The notes: a model not told the origin generated them from the sequence alone. A DNA stretch of 63,889 nt, filler included, from Octopus bimaculoides (GCF_001194135.2; 5 parts of 4 records of this genome joined end to end with filler, not necessarily neighbours in it), one strand, 5' to 3'. Numbered from the whole stretch's first letter, positions 14,446-27,059 are shown. Program-made: numbers and translations.

Positions 14446-14446
14446 C
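14197..14446. repeat. Compound trinucleotide microsatellite (ATT)(AGT)(AGA)(ACA)
   Basis: Directly visible; 10-N gap at 14216-14225. Confidence 0.97.
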
Positions 14447-14447
14447 G

Positions 14448-15052
14448 ACTACAGAATGCCATGATAAAACGGTGGCCAGAAAAGCCCTTACATGAGAAAT
14501 ACCGGAATAAGTTAAAGAATTGAAATAGAAAAAGAAAAATTCCAAGACTAGCTGCGAAATGCCAGACTCAGAGAAGTGACTGATGGGCTTGCGGCAGAAG
14601 ATCAAATCCTCGCCATCAGAAACCATCAAGACATAATGAAAGACCATACTGCAGCAGAACATGTAGAACATGTGGTGATGGAGAAGAAACAATAAATCAC
14701 GTTATCTGTGGCTGCCCAGTCTTGACCATGAAGAAATACACCGAAAGACATAACAGAGTTGGATTTATTATACACTGGAATCTGTGCCAACACTATAGAA
14801 AACCCAGAAAAAAAGATGGTAACGGTTATACTTAAACAAAAAAGGTTTCAGAAAATGACAACGGAACTATATTCTGGGATATGTCAGCGCACACTAAAAG
14901 GGAGAGTAAGGATAATTAACCAGATATTGTTGTCAAGCACCACCAAGAAAATATGTGTCCTAATCCATATGTAATTCCCAAAAGATAATAATGTATCTCT
15001 AAAAGAAATGGAGAAACCCCAGAAATCCAAAGATCTGGAGACAGAAGTAGCT
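14448..15052 (+). mobile_element. Degenerate R4/Dong-like RLE LINE internal fragment
   Basis: WPEKPLH, AAEDQ, CRTCGDGEETINHVICGC (knuckle at 14662-14715), YTERHNRV..IHWNLC, IFWD, PDIVVK and KEMEK..KDLETEV, with stops and frameshifts. Confidence 0.85.
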
Positions 15053-16825
15053 TCAGTGTGATTCTATCTACGTGATCAGAACTAAAACCCAAGAATTTTG
15101 GAAAGTTCTATTGATCCAGTGACTTCTGAACCTGACCAGAGTAGAACTGTTTCTCCTGGTACCAACTGCAAACCCAAAGATTTTTTCTGATTGTTGTGTA
15201 CTCGTCATTACCGCCTCGCATTTCTTCAGTATGTCGCTTACCACATCAAGTCCGGTAGTGTCCGGTACCATCGTGTTGACGCTGTCTAATACGGAGATGC
15301 GTCTCTTCTGTGTTCCATTTCGACACAAGCGTGCCCTCCAAACACCTCTATCTTCCAGAGCAATGTTTCATGAGCTAAAAACTACAAGAGAGTGAAAGAA
15401 GAGGAGGCCTTTGGGTGACCAAGCGTATAATTGGAAACTTTTTCGATAGGTAAACATTTTGTCAGACCATGGAGTAAATATGGTTCCACATTTAAGCAAG
15501 CTAACCTCTGAAAACAGAATTAAAAGCCGCAGAGTAACGATGATCGACTCTATCAAAAGCTTTGGGCTCATCCAACTTGTTGAAATATGAACCAAAGCAA
15601 AATGTATAGACAATCTTGCCGACAAAATATCGTATGGGGTTGATGCCGGGCCTGGAATCACCACGGGTTCAAGTAGTTCGAAATACGGGTCCGACAGCAA
15701 GTGCTAGTCTCATCGCGGAGTTCAGAAGAGTTATGGACCAAAGATTATCAACGATGTGGCTCTCACAGCACCACTACACCCAGCTCGTTACCAGTCAGTC
15801 AAGAATGGCGCAAACAAATTTAGCATCTATCTATCTATCTTGTGGATGTTTCCAACCTCTTAATAAGTAACATAGATTGCATACGCTATGAAATTGTATG
15901 CTAATAACTAGGTTCTGTTGTGTAGTTTGACAACGTCTGTTCCTTGAAAAGCATCTGCGCCGAGTTAAAAGAATATTCACATTTTGCATATTGGCATGAA
16001 ATTAAAATTTATTACCTGGGGAAATATGTGTTTCTATCCCTGTATATGATTCATGAAGCGAATAACCAACTAGTTAAAAAGTTCGATTCGCAATCACAAG
16101 GCTCGAATTCAGTTTTACAGCGTGATGTCTTGGACAAGTTACATTACTATAACATCGAGTTCACCCAAGCCACGAAAAGTAAACTGGGTTGGCGGAAACT
16201 ATGTGGAAGCCCATCAGAGAAAGTGTACATGTTGATACAAGGTCCGGCCTCCTCAAAAGTTTTGTCACGCTGACACACTATGGGAATTTCATTAAAGCTA
16301 CAGGTGCCTATGGAATTCTCAAAGACTAGGTAATTCAGTTGATGGAATAACTGAATACTCATCGTCGAAACTAACGGAGATCCATTCACTTTTTTTTTCT
16401 TAAATACAGTTACACGAGTATAGAATGTTACTCGGTTTTCTACATCCAGATCTCGTTGAAAAAGTCATAATCATATCTGTAAGGATTTAGTTGTATTAGT
16501 ACCGGAAACAAAATACTTTGACCCTGGCAAACAGGGTGAAACAAAATGCTTTAAGGGCAGTTTGGTTCGGTTTGTTTTGCTTTGGTTTTTTGGGGCGTGT
16601 TTTTGTTTTATTTCGTTTTCTTTTATATACAAATAGATCTCTGAGTTTCTTTTGTCTTTCATTTTACGTTGAAAATCTAACAAAAGTATAAACGCTGTTT
16701 TAGTAAATTCATTGCTCAGTTATATTTATTTATTCATTTATTTATCTATTTGAGACTGTTTCAAGCAAATCACCATAGATTCACATATCTATTTCAAATT
16801 ACGCACATTTATATGTGGGTGCTGG

Positions 16826-16829
<4 letters not shown>

Positions 16830-16904
<75 letters not shown>
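16830..16904. repeat. (TA)n microsatellite
   Basis: Directly visible. Confidence 0.97.
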
Positions 16905-16906
<2 letters not shown>

Positions 16907-18699
16907 GTGCGTGTGATTATGTAAACATATGTACATAGAAGTGTGTGTGTGTTTTTATCAAATGATTGGTGAGAAAGAAGTGTGGAGGGGGCAGAATAAA
17001 GTTTAGCTGATTTGTAATTGGTAACGTATCTCATTTAAATAAGCCATTCTTAACATTCAAGACAGCTATTGTCTTTTAGAATTCGATTTCTATCTGGCAT
17101 TTTGAAGAAACCCAGTTAACTAACGCAATGCACTGAATACAAATAAATATGCGGGCTGAAATCCAATTATATTTCGTCTCGCACAGAAATTAGGCCCACG
17201 AGAACCTTTGCGAAGCATGAGGTAAAACTGGAAGACAGACTTCGGTGTTATTTAATGATTCACCAATGTTCACATATCCTTTCTAATATTAGTAGGTGAA
17301 ATCTAATTATTAAGATATAAAGAAGCAGATACCAGAAATAATTTCCTAAAAATATTACAGGGTTGATAGCCGTAAGATAATTACTAATTAAGAACACGGT
17401 AAATGGCATATCCGTTAGCGATCCAAACAAAGACTTACTAATATTTCATCTGGCTCTTTTCTTTCAGAGTTCAAATCTTATCGAGATCACTTTAACTTTC
17501 ATCATTTTGACAATGGAAAGACATAACGTACCAGTCCTGGGCGGGAATTAAGCAGAATTGTTTGCGCGTTGCATAAAGGAATTTTTAGCATTTACTCTTC
17601 TCCTTAATGTTCTGGATGTCCCATTATGAAAGGCGAAGTTGTTCGTAGATGGTGACATGTAAAAACACAATCTGAAGATAAGGAACGGCAAAACAGCTTT
17701 GTATTTCTACAAGAAAATTTCCTGACAAGAACACAACACATCTCAAGATGATGGCACAATAAAGGTAGGCCCAATATTGCGTGGGTTAATTGTAGATCAT
17801 TGCCGACTTTAAAGGAACAGAACTTTAAAATTGAACAATCCAAACGCGTGTTATTTCACTGTAACTAAAAGTAGTTTCTTATATTCAGGAATAATAAAAG
17901 CTGTGACTTTATTCTTCTAGACTTAGTAGATTATTTCTTCCAGGTTCTGGTTTGTCTTTGATAGAAACGGCTGCTTAACTGAAATCATTTTTGTTGTTGA
18001 ATGAGACAACGCTTCCTTCTACTCTCGTTTATTGAGATTTACTCAAAACCTTACTGAATATGCATAATACAAATGCATATTATAAGCAATGACCGAGTGA
18101 AGAGGTTATATACGTGTGTGTGTGTGTTTGTGTGTGTGTGTGAGTGCGTGCATGTGTGTGTGTGAGTGCGTGCATGTGTGTATCGAATTAGATCGTCTGC
18201 GGACCCATACCGTTTAGACAGTACACCTAATTCGTGCTTATGCAAATAAGTGGCTTATTGAGGTAAAATGGGTCTTGATTAGATTAGATTATTTTGGGAA
18301 ACAAGTTCAAGTCACAGAGGTGGAGGACCAATGTCATGTTATCACGTTTTTGGAGAGAATCTTCTGGCCGACTCCATATCTTACTCTGGCCACTTGAAAG
18401 AGCTAGATCACTCACGAATGGTTTTTATGGATGAGTTCACCAACTTTTTCCTCATTGTTCGGTATTTTATTAATGATTAATCAACCTGAAGGCTCATCAA
18501 TTTCAACAGGCACTCCACAGGCGTTGAAACTCTCGCACTACTCAAAACCTGTATTCTGCCTACATAATGATCAGCAAAAGCGCAATAAGCATTTCGAGAA
18601 TCTCGACGGCAGATCTGACACGATTCGTACAAAATTAAACACATGCACATTTCTTGAAATTGAAAATAACCGTAAAAATTATAGATCTATTTTTATATT

Positions 18700-18911
18700 C
18701 CTTTCTACTCTCGGAAAAAGGCACGAAATTTTTGAGGAGGGGGCCAGTCAATTAGATCGACCTCAATACGCAACTGGTACTTAATTTATCGACCACGAAA
18801 GGATGAAAGGCAAAATCGACTCGGCGGAATTTGAACTCAGAACGTAAAGACAGACGAAATACTGCTAAGCATTTCGCCCGGCGTGCTAACGTTTCTGCCA
18901 GATCACCGCCT
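18700..18911 (-). mobile_element. SINE family D, full length with about 16-bp TSD
   Basis: GATCTATTTTTATATT (18684-18699) versus GATCTATTCTTATATT (18914-18929), 15/16 identical. Confidence 0.92.
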
Positions 18912-20482
18912 TGGATCTATTCTTATATTACAAACTTTTGCTTAAAATTCAATAATTGAAGACCAGTAGATAGTATGAAGCCTATTAAGGTCGATTACCA
19001 ATGATTGCCAGCTGCGCACGCATTCATTTCCGTTGAACACTCACGCAAGTGCAGTTCGGAAATTTTCTGATAATCCCTCAGATAATCCTTTTGATTACCC
19101 GTCGTATACATACAATTCTAGCGTATATTTTATTTGCTATTTCCTCGTTTTACTTCCTAGAACCTGTAATATCATTCTCGTATTGGCTTATAGTTTTCCT
19201 TCCAACTGTTTTTTTTTTCTACCTTCGTCTCAAAGTTTCTCTCAAACTGCTTTCATTTTCTTTCCTCTTTGAATTCCTTTTTTTCCTTTTATTTTAGGCT
19301 AAATGGTTTCTCTGATTTTTTGTTCTTATTTTTACTTCGGCTCTTTCTTTCTTTCTCTCTCCTTCTTTCTCTCTGTCTTTCTTTCTCTCTGTCTTTCTTT
19401 CTCTCTCTCTCTTTCCTTTCGTTTCATTAATTTTTCTGTCAAAACCACTGAAGTATTTTTCAAATATGTCAATTTCCCAGAAATAAATATTTGAAAAGGA
19501 TTTTTCGTTGTTGTCTTCCTTTCCTTTTTTTTTTTTTGTTTGTTTCTCACAATTGTCTTTTTAATGAAATATGGTAAAACATTTCAAAGCTTTTCTTAAT
19601 TTAGAGAAATGTTAAACCCTAATCTGATAGAAAATCATAATATTGAAAGACACTATAGTCCTACGTTAGTAATAAAATCCCCTGGAGACATGTACAAATA
19701 TTCCACGATTAATATTTTTTAGGGAAACAAGAATAGAATCGTTGCTTTTGTTTTGCTTCATTCTTTTTTTTTTTTAATAAATCAAGAGAAGGTAAAAGGA
19801 AAATATAAGAAAATCTAATTTAATTTCCAAACAAATTTCATATCGTATAGCCCCAGGTAAGCTCTGATCGGGCGGATTTAGGATCAAAGTGACTACCCTA
19901 GATTCTTTTGGTCTTCAGACAGTGTATCAAGGAATGCATTATTAAATGTTTCGTATTTTGAAGATGTTAGGATGTGATTAGTAGATTTCTTTAAGATTGA
20001 GGGACCATATAGTGATTCTTTGGTTAGGTATAAACGCCTTTCGAAAATTTCCGGCTGTAAGAATTTCTTTGCAGGTTTATCAAGTTTTATATGAATACCG
20101 GCACGCGTGTGTGTGTATGTGTGTGGATGTAGAATGTATGTGATAAACGAGAAAGGTGAGAATCGGTGGAAAAATTCGTGTATAACAGTTATAAAACGAT
20201 AGTGAATGATTTAGTTTTCTTTCTTTAACAATTCAAAAAGTTTAAGTCACTGTTGGTCAAAAGAAATTAGAAATTAGGTACAACTCTTCCCCAGAGACAG
20301 ACTTCGAATCATCAAGTGTACATTCCCATGATATTCGTATCGCTGCTCATTTCACCTAAAGAAAACGGTTCACTATGTTCTTAATTGAGGATTAGTATAA
20401 AAGAAGTCACCTATTAGAAATAGCATTTATACTGAAGCAAAATTCATGTCTATACCATTGCACAGCATCTATATGTGTATAC

Positions 20483-20520
<38 letters not shown>

Positions 20521-20587
20521 CCGCCATGATTGACCGTTAGCTCCAAAAGTTTCTTTTTCTCCTCCCTCTGTTTATTTCCTCGTGTTC

Positions 20588-20623
20588 CTTTTTGTTGAAG
20601 AGCGTAGGCTCGAAACGTAAAAG
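20588..20623 (+). ncRNA. Variant minimal hammerhead-like motif in a Penelope-like repeat
   Basis: CTTT TTGTTGA A GAGC-GTAG-GCTC GAA ACGT A AAAG: perfect stems I and II, palindromic ACGT, GUA site; the core deviates from CUGANGA at two positions. Confidence 0.5.
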
Positions 20624-21224
20624 ACTTTCTCACCTTCCCGAGCGTTAAATTAATACACTTGTTTGTTGTTTATACACCTGTCTTCCTCATTTGTTTTTCT
20701 GTAAATTCCAACTATATATATNNNNNNNNNNNNNNNNNNNNNNNNNNNNNNNNNNNNNNNNNNNNNNNNNNNNNNNNNNNNNNNNNNNNNNNNNNNNNNN
20801 NNNNNNNNNNNNNNNNNNNNNNNNNNNNNNNNNNNNNNNNNNNNNNNNNNNNNNNNNNNNNNNNNNNNNNNNNNNNNNNNNNNNNNNNNNNNNNNNNNNN
20901 NNNNNNNNNNNNNNNNNNNNNNNNNNNNNNNNNNNNNNNNNNNNNNNNNNNNNNNNNNNNNNNNNNNNNNNNNNNNNNNNNNNNNNNNNNNNNNNNNNNN
21001 NNNNNNNNNNNNNNNNNNNNNNNNNNNNNNNNNNNNNNNNNNNNNNNNNNNNNNNNNNNNNNNNNNNNNNNNNNNNNNNNNNNNNNNNNNNNNNNNNNNN
21101 NNNNNNNNNNNNNNNNNNNNNNNNNNNNNNNNNNNNNNNNNNNNNNNNNNNNNNNNNNNNNNNNNNNNNNNNNNNNNNNNNNNNNNNNNNNNNNNNNNNN
21201 NNNNNNNNNNNNNNNNNNNNNNNN

Positions 21225-21261
<37 letters not shown>

Positions 21262-21910
21262 ATATAGGTATGCACATATTCTCATTCGACCACCCAACGA
21301 GTCTGGTCGCCTACCGTGAAATATAAAAAGAACATTTTATCGTACTTTCATATGAAAAAAATCCACATCCTTCCATTTCAATAAACCACTATTGTCCCTG
21401 AAAGTTGTTTCTTTTTTAATATTTACTACGGATTGCTTGAAGCTAACTTTCTTCCTACACCTTGATCCTTGGATATTACATTTGTGTGTGTTTGTGTGTG
21501 TATACCATTGTACAGCATCTAACAATAAAGCTATTTTACCATATACACATATAGCCCCTTGTTCGATTCCACAAAAGGACTCTTTGGCATATTTCTTTTT
21601 TCATGATTTCGAAACAACACTATCCTTCCGATTGAAAATGGTGAAACGAAACATTGTGGATGTCTGCTCTTGTCATAAACTGTGACTCGCTTTTTCTACC
21701 TGCAAAATACATTAAGAATACATTTTTGTCTGGAATTCTTAGCCTCCAACATGCCGATTCCATGAACAGAGACTGCACATGGTCAAACGACTGAGTATTC
21801 ATCATCAAAACCGACAGTAAATCCAGTCCCTTTTTTACACACACATATTTCACGTGTATATCATTTTACAGTAAATGACAATAAACAAAAAAGCTATTTC
21901 AATTTACTAG

Positions 21911-22025
21911 TCCGGGTTCAGTCCCATTGCGTGGCACCTTGGGTAAGTGTCGTCTACTATAGCCTCGGGCCGACCAAAGAGCCTTGGGAGTGGATTTGGT
22001 TGACGGAAACTGAAAGAAGCCCGTC

Positions 22026-22095
<70 letters not shown>

Positions 22096-22235
22096 GTCTG
22101 TGTTTTTTCCCCCACCATCGCTAGATAAGTATTAGGCTTACAAAGAATAAGTCCTGGGGTCGATTTTTCGACTAAAGTCGGTGCTCCAGCATGGCTGCTG
22201 TCAAATGACTGAAACAATTAAAAGAATAAAAGAAT
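21911..22235 (+). mobile_element. SINE family B, 5'-truncated
   Basis: Starts at the B box CCGGGTTCAGTCCC; internal (TG)n; tail AAAAGAATAAAAGAAT. Confidence 0.88.
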
Positions 22236-22751
22236 GTACAGAGATGTTGGCCGGAGATGGATAGCATACGGTGGTCGCGGCTATTCATGATTCAAATATG
22301 AACGTTGGTCATTTATTAAGAGAGACCAGCATTTGATGCAAAATACAATTTTCTTATCGGCCCCCTGTACACCAATGGCGTTCGACCTGCAACCATCCAC
22401 TTCTTAACGAACATCAAGGATAAAATTTTCTTTAAGAAGGTAGAGTGTGTTTTGAGTGAGTTTCGGATGCTAATTCTAGCAAATTGAGATGGTATAGAGA
22501 CATCATTATAAGACAGAATAGCGTATTTCTATTATTCTCTAAACTTTGTCACACATAGACTTCAATACAGAACTGCCACGTGTCGATACACTCACCTGTC
22601 GATACACTCACCTGTCATACTACAACTTAAAGGTGTGGAGGTTCCAGATACAATATAATTCAGAGTGCTTTCTTCGTTTTGATGGTTCGAAGTTCAAGTC
22701 TCTCTCGGTGAAGAATTACATATTGTAGCACTGTGTTCATTGGGACAAATA

Positions 22752-22946
22752 TTGGTTTTAAATTTTGTCACAAGGCCAGTAATTTCGGGAGAGACGTTAA
22801 GTCGATTGCATCGACTCCAGTGACTAACAGGTACTTATTTTATCGACCCCGAAACGATAGAATTTGAACTCAAAACGTGAAGACGGACGAAATGCAGCTA
22901 AGCATTTTTTCCTGGAGTGTTAATAATTCTGCTAACTTGCCGCCCT
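22752..22946 (-). mobile_element. SINE family D variant
   Basis: GGTACTTATTTTATCGACCCCGAAA..GAATTTGAACTCA..CTTGCCGCC. Confidence 0.8.
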
Positions 22947-23549
22947 TCGTTACGACAGATATTTATAATCATAGCGAGTATTTACCCACCAAATAAGATG
23001 GACTTGCATTTTGATAAGAACTACGTACAAGACATCCTAGTTTCTCTGAACTACAATGTTCAGTACAGTGGTTATGAAAGATTGTCTCAGTTATTGACTA
23101 AGCCAGAAGCAACAAGTCACGCTGAAGGTTCATAGATTGAAAACATAAGCTTTTGTGATTTTAATAATTGCTGTTATGCAAATTAAATTACAGTGTAACT
23201 CAAAGAAAAGCATATGGAAATCTAGTCGAGTAAAACAAAAAAAAATACAGACACGTCAACATTAAATGCAAGTATACTTGCGCGTGTGTATAAATATATA
23301 TATATACGTGTACGTGCGTGTGTGTATGAGTGTGTGTGTGTGTGCGTGTTTGCATAAATAAATGCTTTCTTTGAGGCATATTGAACATACACATCGAAAC
23401 ACAGACATATACACATGTATATATATATGTGTATATATATGTATATATGTGTATATGTATATATATGTGCATATATATATCTATACATATGTATATATGT
23501 ATATATGCACACAGACACACATATATAGAAATATATATATATATATATA

Positions 23550-23649
23550 NNNNNNNNNNNNNNNNNNNNNNNNNNNNNNNNNNNNNNNNNNNNTTAATTA
23601 ATTAANNNNNNNNNNNNNNNNNNNNNNNNNNNNNNNNNNNNNNNNNNNN
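23550..23649. other. Assembly spacer N44-TTAATTAATTAA-N44
   Basis: Exactly 100 bp; 12-mer at 23594-23605. Confidence 0.95.
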
Positions 23650-23730
23650 ATATATATATATACATATGTATGTATTATGTATGTATGTATGTATATAAAT
23701 ATAAACAAACTAACATTTGTTTATTATAAT

Positions 23731-23950
23731 TGCCGGAACTTGTCAACAAGCAACCATGGGACTCTAATCCACATCTCTTGCTATGACTCTGGCCAAGTAC
23801 TCTACCATTAAGCTAAACTGTAGATTATCGGCGGGCAGTTTAGCTTAACGATAAAGCATTTGGCCGGAGTCATATCATGAGATGAGTCATATCATGAGAT
23901 GAGTCATATCACGAGTCCCATGGCTGTTTGCTGACAAATTTGTTTCGGCT
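23731..23950. repeat. Back-to-back inverted pair of tRNA-like SINE heads
   Basis: Reverse complement of 23731-23820 aligns with 23836-23950 (CAGTTTAGCTTAA..TTGGCC.GAGTCATA.CA.GAGAT..GAGTCCCATGG.TG.TTG.TGACAA); 15-nt spacer. Confidence 0.8.
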
Positions 23951-24046
23951 TTGTAAGGGTAATTTACCCAATATTTCTGCTGTTCTAACGGCATCTCTCC
24001 GTTCGAAAATAAATTATCGTCTTATTTGTGTGTGTGTGTGTGTATG

Positions 24047-24081
<35 letters not shown>

Positions 24082-26057
24082 GTNNNNNNNNNNNNNNNNN
24101 NNNNNNNNNNNNNNNNNNNNNNNNNNNNNNNNNNNNNNNNNNNNNNNNNNNNNNNNNNNNNNNNNNNNNNNNNNNNNNNNNNNNNNNNNNNNNNNNNNNN
24201 NNNNNNNNNNNNNNNNNNNNNNNNNNNNNNNNNNNNNNNNNNNNNNNNNNNNNNNNNNNNNNNNNNNNNNNNNNNNNNNNNNNNNNNNNNNNNNNNNNNN
24301 NNNNNNNNNNNNNNNNNNNNNNNNNNNNNNNNNNNNNNNNNNNNNNNNNNNNNNNNNNNNNNNNNNNNNNNNNNNNNNNNNNNNNNNNNNNNNNNNNNNN
24401 NNNNNNNNNNNNNNNNNNNNNNNNNNNNNNNNNNNNNNNNNNNNNNNNNNNNNNNNNNNNNNNNNNNNNNNNNNNNNNNNNNNNNNNNNNNNNNNNNNNN
24501 NNNNNNNNNNNNNNNNNNNNNNNNNNNNNNNNNNNNNNNNNNNNNNNNNNNNNNNNNNNNNNNNNNNNNNNNNNNNNNNNNNNNNNNNNNNNNNNNNNNN
24601 NNNNNNNNNNNNNNNNNNNNNNNNNNNNNNNNNNNNNNNNNNNNNNNNNNNNNNNNNNNNNNNNNNNNNNNNNNNNNNNNNNNNNNNNNNNNNNNNNNNN
24701 NNNNNNNNNNNNNNNNNNNNNNNNNNNNNNNNNNNNNNNNNNNNNNNNNNNNNNNNNNNNNNNNNNNNNNNNNNNNNNNNNNNNNNNNNNNNNNNNNNNN
24801 NNNNNNNNNNNNNNNNNNNNNNNNNNNNNNNNNNNNNNNNNNNNNNNNNNNNNNNNNNNNNNNNNNNNNNNNNNNNNNNNNNNNNNNNNNNNNNNATATA
24901 TATATGTATATAAAGTTGAAAATGCACTGGGATTCGTTTAGATTTTTTTACTTTTAAAGACTTAACCGGTTTCACAGATTTGTCTGACTTTCAAAAATTG
25001 AGAGGGAAAGACATGGAACTATGCTGTAACTGCCTTGCTGCTAAATGGAATTCAAGAATTGTCTTGTTTTATAGAAAGAACATGGCTCAAATTATTATCT
25101 GTTTTGGACACGTTTTGATTGGTCGAAATTCTTGAAGATAATATGCCAGGCTAGCTTTGGTTGTAGTATTTTCATTTTCTACACCACGGACATTGTTATT
25201 ACAGAATCGTTGGTAGAAAAAGCGCTTCATCGTTACCTTTTCAAAAATTGCATGTTTGTCAATTTGTATTCGTTTGTTTGTTCCAGCAGATGATGATTTA
25301 CAATTTACATCAACATTGAAAACGCTGAGAGCTTGTCTTTAGCCTTGCCAATGACAAACTCACTCATTCCCTCACACGCACTTTCTTCCTGTCTGTCTGT
25401 CTCTCTCTCTCTCTAAAGTAATATAATGAACACTAATATATTTATACGTACATTATAACAAACAACCTTAAATAATGTTTGAAAACTGCCTTTACCAATT
25501 TGTTAGAAATATTTATTCACAGACACAATTCACCAATTCATCATTTTATGAAATGAAAATTCTTGTTATACTCGATTTGTACTCTTCTTAACGTTGAATA
25601 TTAAAAGAACTTGCTGATTTTCAAATCAAACTTTATTTTGTTTTTCTTATTCAGGCTTTACGTTAAAGTGATAACCTCCGAAAAAAAAAACTCACATCGA
25701 CTCTGGAACTTTCTCTCCTTCAGCACTCAACAAGTTTTACGTGTCATCTTTATCTTAGACTTATTTCACACAGTTATGAGCACACGGTTCACTACCTTAT
25801 AGTAACACGTTATGGCAGAATGCACTCCTAGCTTTCTGAGTCAACCTCAATCATTGACTAAGCACGCGTCTATCTTAGTTTTGTTTTGAAAAGAAAAGAA
25901 TCTCTTAGTTCCCATTTCATTCAACTAAGCGAAAATAGCAGATGGCAACATACTCTAAAAAGATAGCGGTTTCATCTCGGCACTGTTTGAGTGGATTGTT
26001 TCCACCGCGAAGTTAACAGCTCGAACAACCTGCGAGAATCTTCTGTACCAAGTAACC

Positions 26058-26489
26058 GGTCGCAGCATCGACGCTCAATTTCACACACAACATGTGTCAC
26101 CACAGCTCTGCTCCTTGGTCACGACTTCTTGTACAGACATTCTACTTGTGTAGCTCTTCTATGAACTGGTATTTTTCTAATTCTGTGTTTACGACGCTTA
26201 TAGTCTCTCACAGACTCTTATTCCATGTTCTGTATTTCTCTCTCACTTACACACATTGTTGTATACACATTCTTTACACGACGGTCCGTCATACACATTG
26301 TATTGTTTATATTGCCGCATGCACGCACACACAGACACACTGTTCACTATGTTAATAAACTTACTCTCTTTATATATCTAACGGTTGTGTCTGTCACTCT
26401 CTCATTCCTTTACTGGCACTCGCTCGCATCTCACATTGCGAGCCTTCATATGTCCATATTATATGTTTTTGTGTGTCGACCGTGCGACA
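26058..26489 (+). mobile_element. Solo-LTR-like element
   Basis: Imperfect terminal inverted repeat (GGTCGCAGCATCGAC versus GTCGACCGTGCGACA, 11/15), internal AATAAA near 26353, ends in CA. No TSD found. Confidence 0.35.
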
Positions 26490-26921
26490 CGTTTAAAGGA
26501 GCCTCTTCCACTTCGTCGCCATCTTCTTTGGTTCGCACGGTCGTACATTACAACTGCTTTGTAGTATTTCGTCTAGATCTCTGCTTTAAATTTTTATATT
26601 TTAGACTGATGCATCATCTTTATATGTTCGTTCAACATGCTAGAAATACCAACCAAATCACCCTCTCTTCACACCTTTTGAAGTACTTCAGGACTTCGAA
26701 TGAATGTTTAACTACTAGGAGCGAAATTTTTTCTTGCTATCCACATTTAAAAAAATACATTTTAGCTGACATTAAGACATCCATCTAATACTGACGTAAT
26801 TTTTCGATATACATTAGACAACGGGTTTTTTTTATGTTGAAGTTGATCTGTTACGTATTTCCCCAACGAAATCTTGGGTTGCTATTTTTCACAAGGGTTT
26901 TTGTGGTTTCTTTACATTAAA

Positions 26922-26962
<41 letters not shown>

Positions 26963-27059
26963 CAAAGAATATATATACATGTATACACACATATATGTAC
27001 ATACTTACATCTACATGTGTATATACATGCATATCAGGGTACAGGACGTTAGAACAATA

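Noticed and set aside
14243-14692. Poly-L/V, poly-S/R/T and poly-C/S/T ORFs
   Set aside because: Direct translation of the compound microsatellite.
17560-17870. Possible DNA-transposase remnant
   Set aside because: The resemblance required several assumed frameshifts and could not be supported by eye.
22581-22616. 16-bp tandem duplication TGTCGATACACTCACC x2
   Set aside because: Ordinary slippage duplication with no further structure.
23594-23605. Conserved TTAATTAATTAA as a biological motif or array repeat
   Set aside because: Always centred in exactly 100 bp of N; an assembly marker.
23867-23915. CRISPR-like array
   Set aside because: Eukaryotic context, contiguous units with no spacers.
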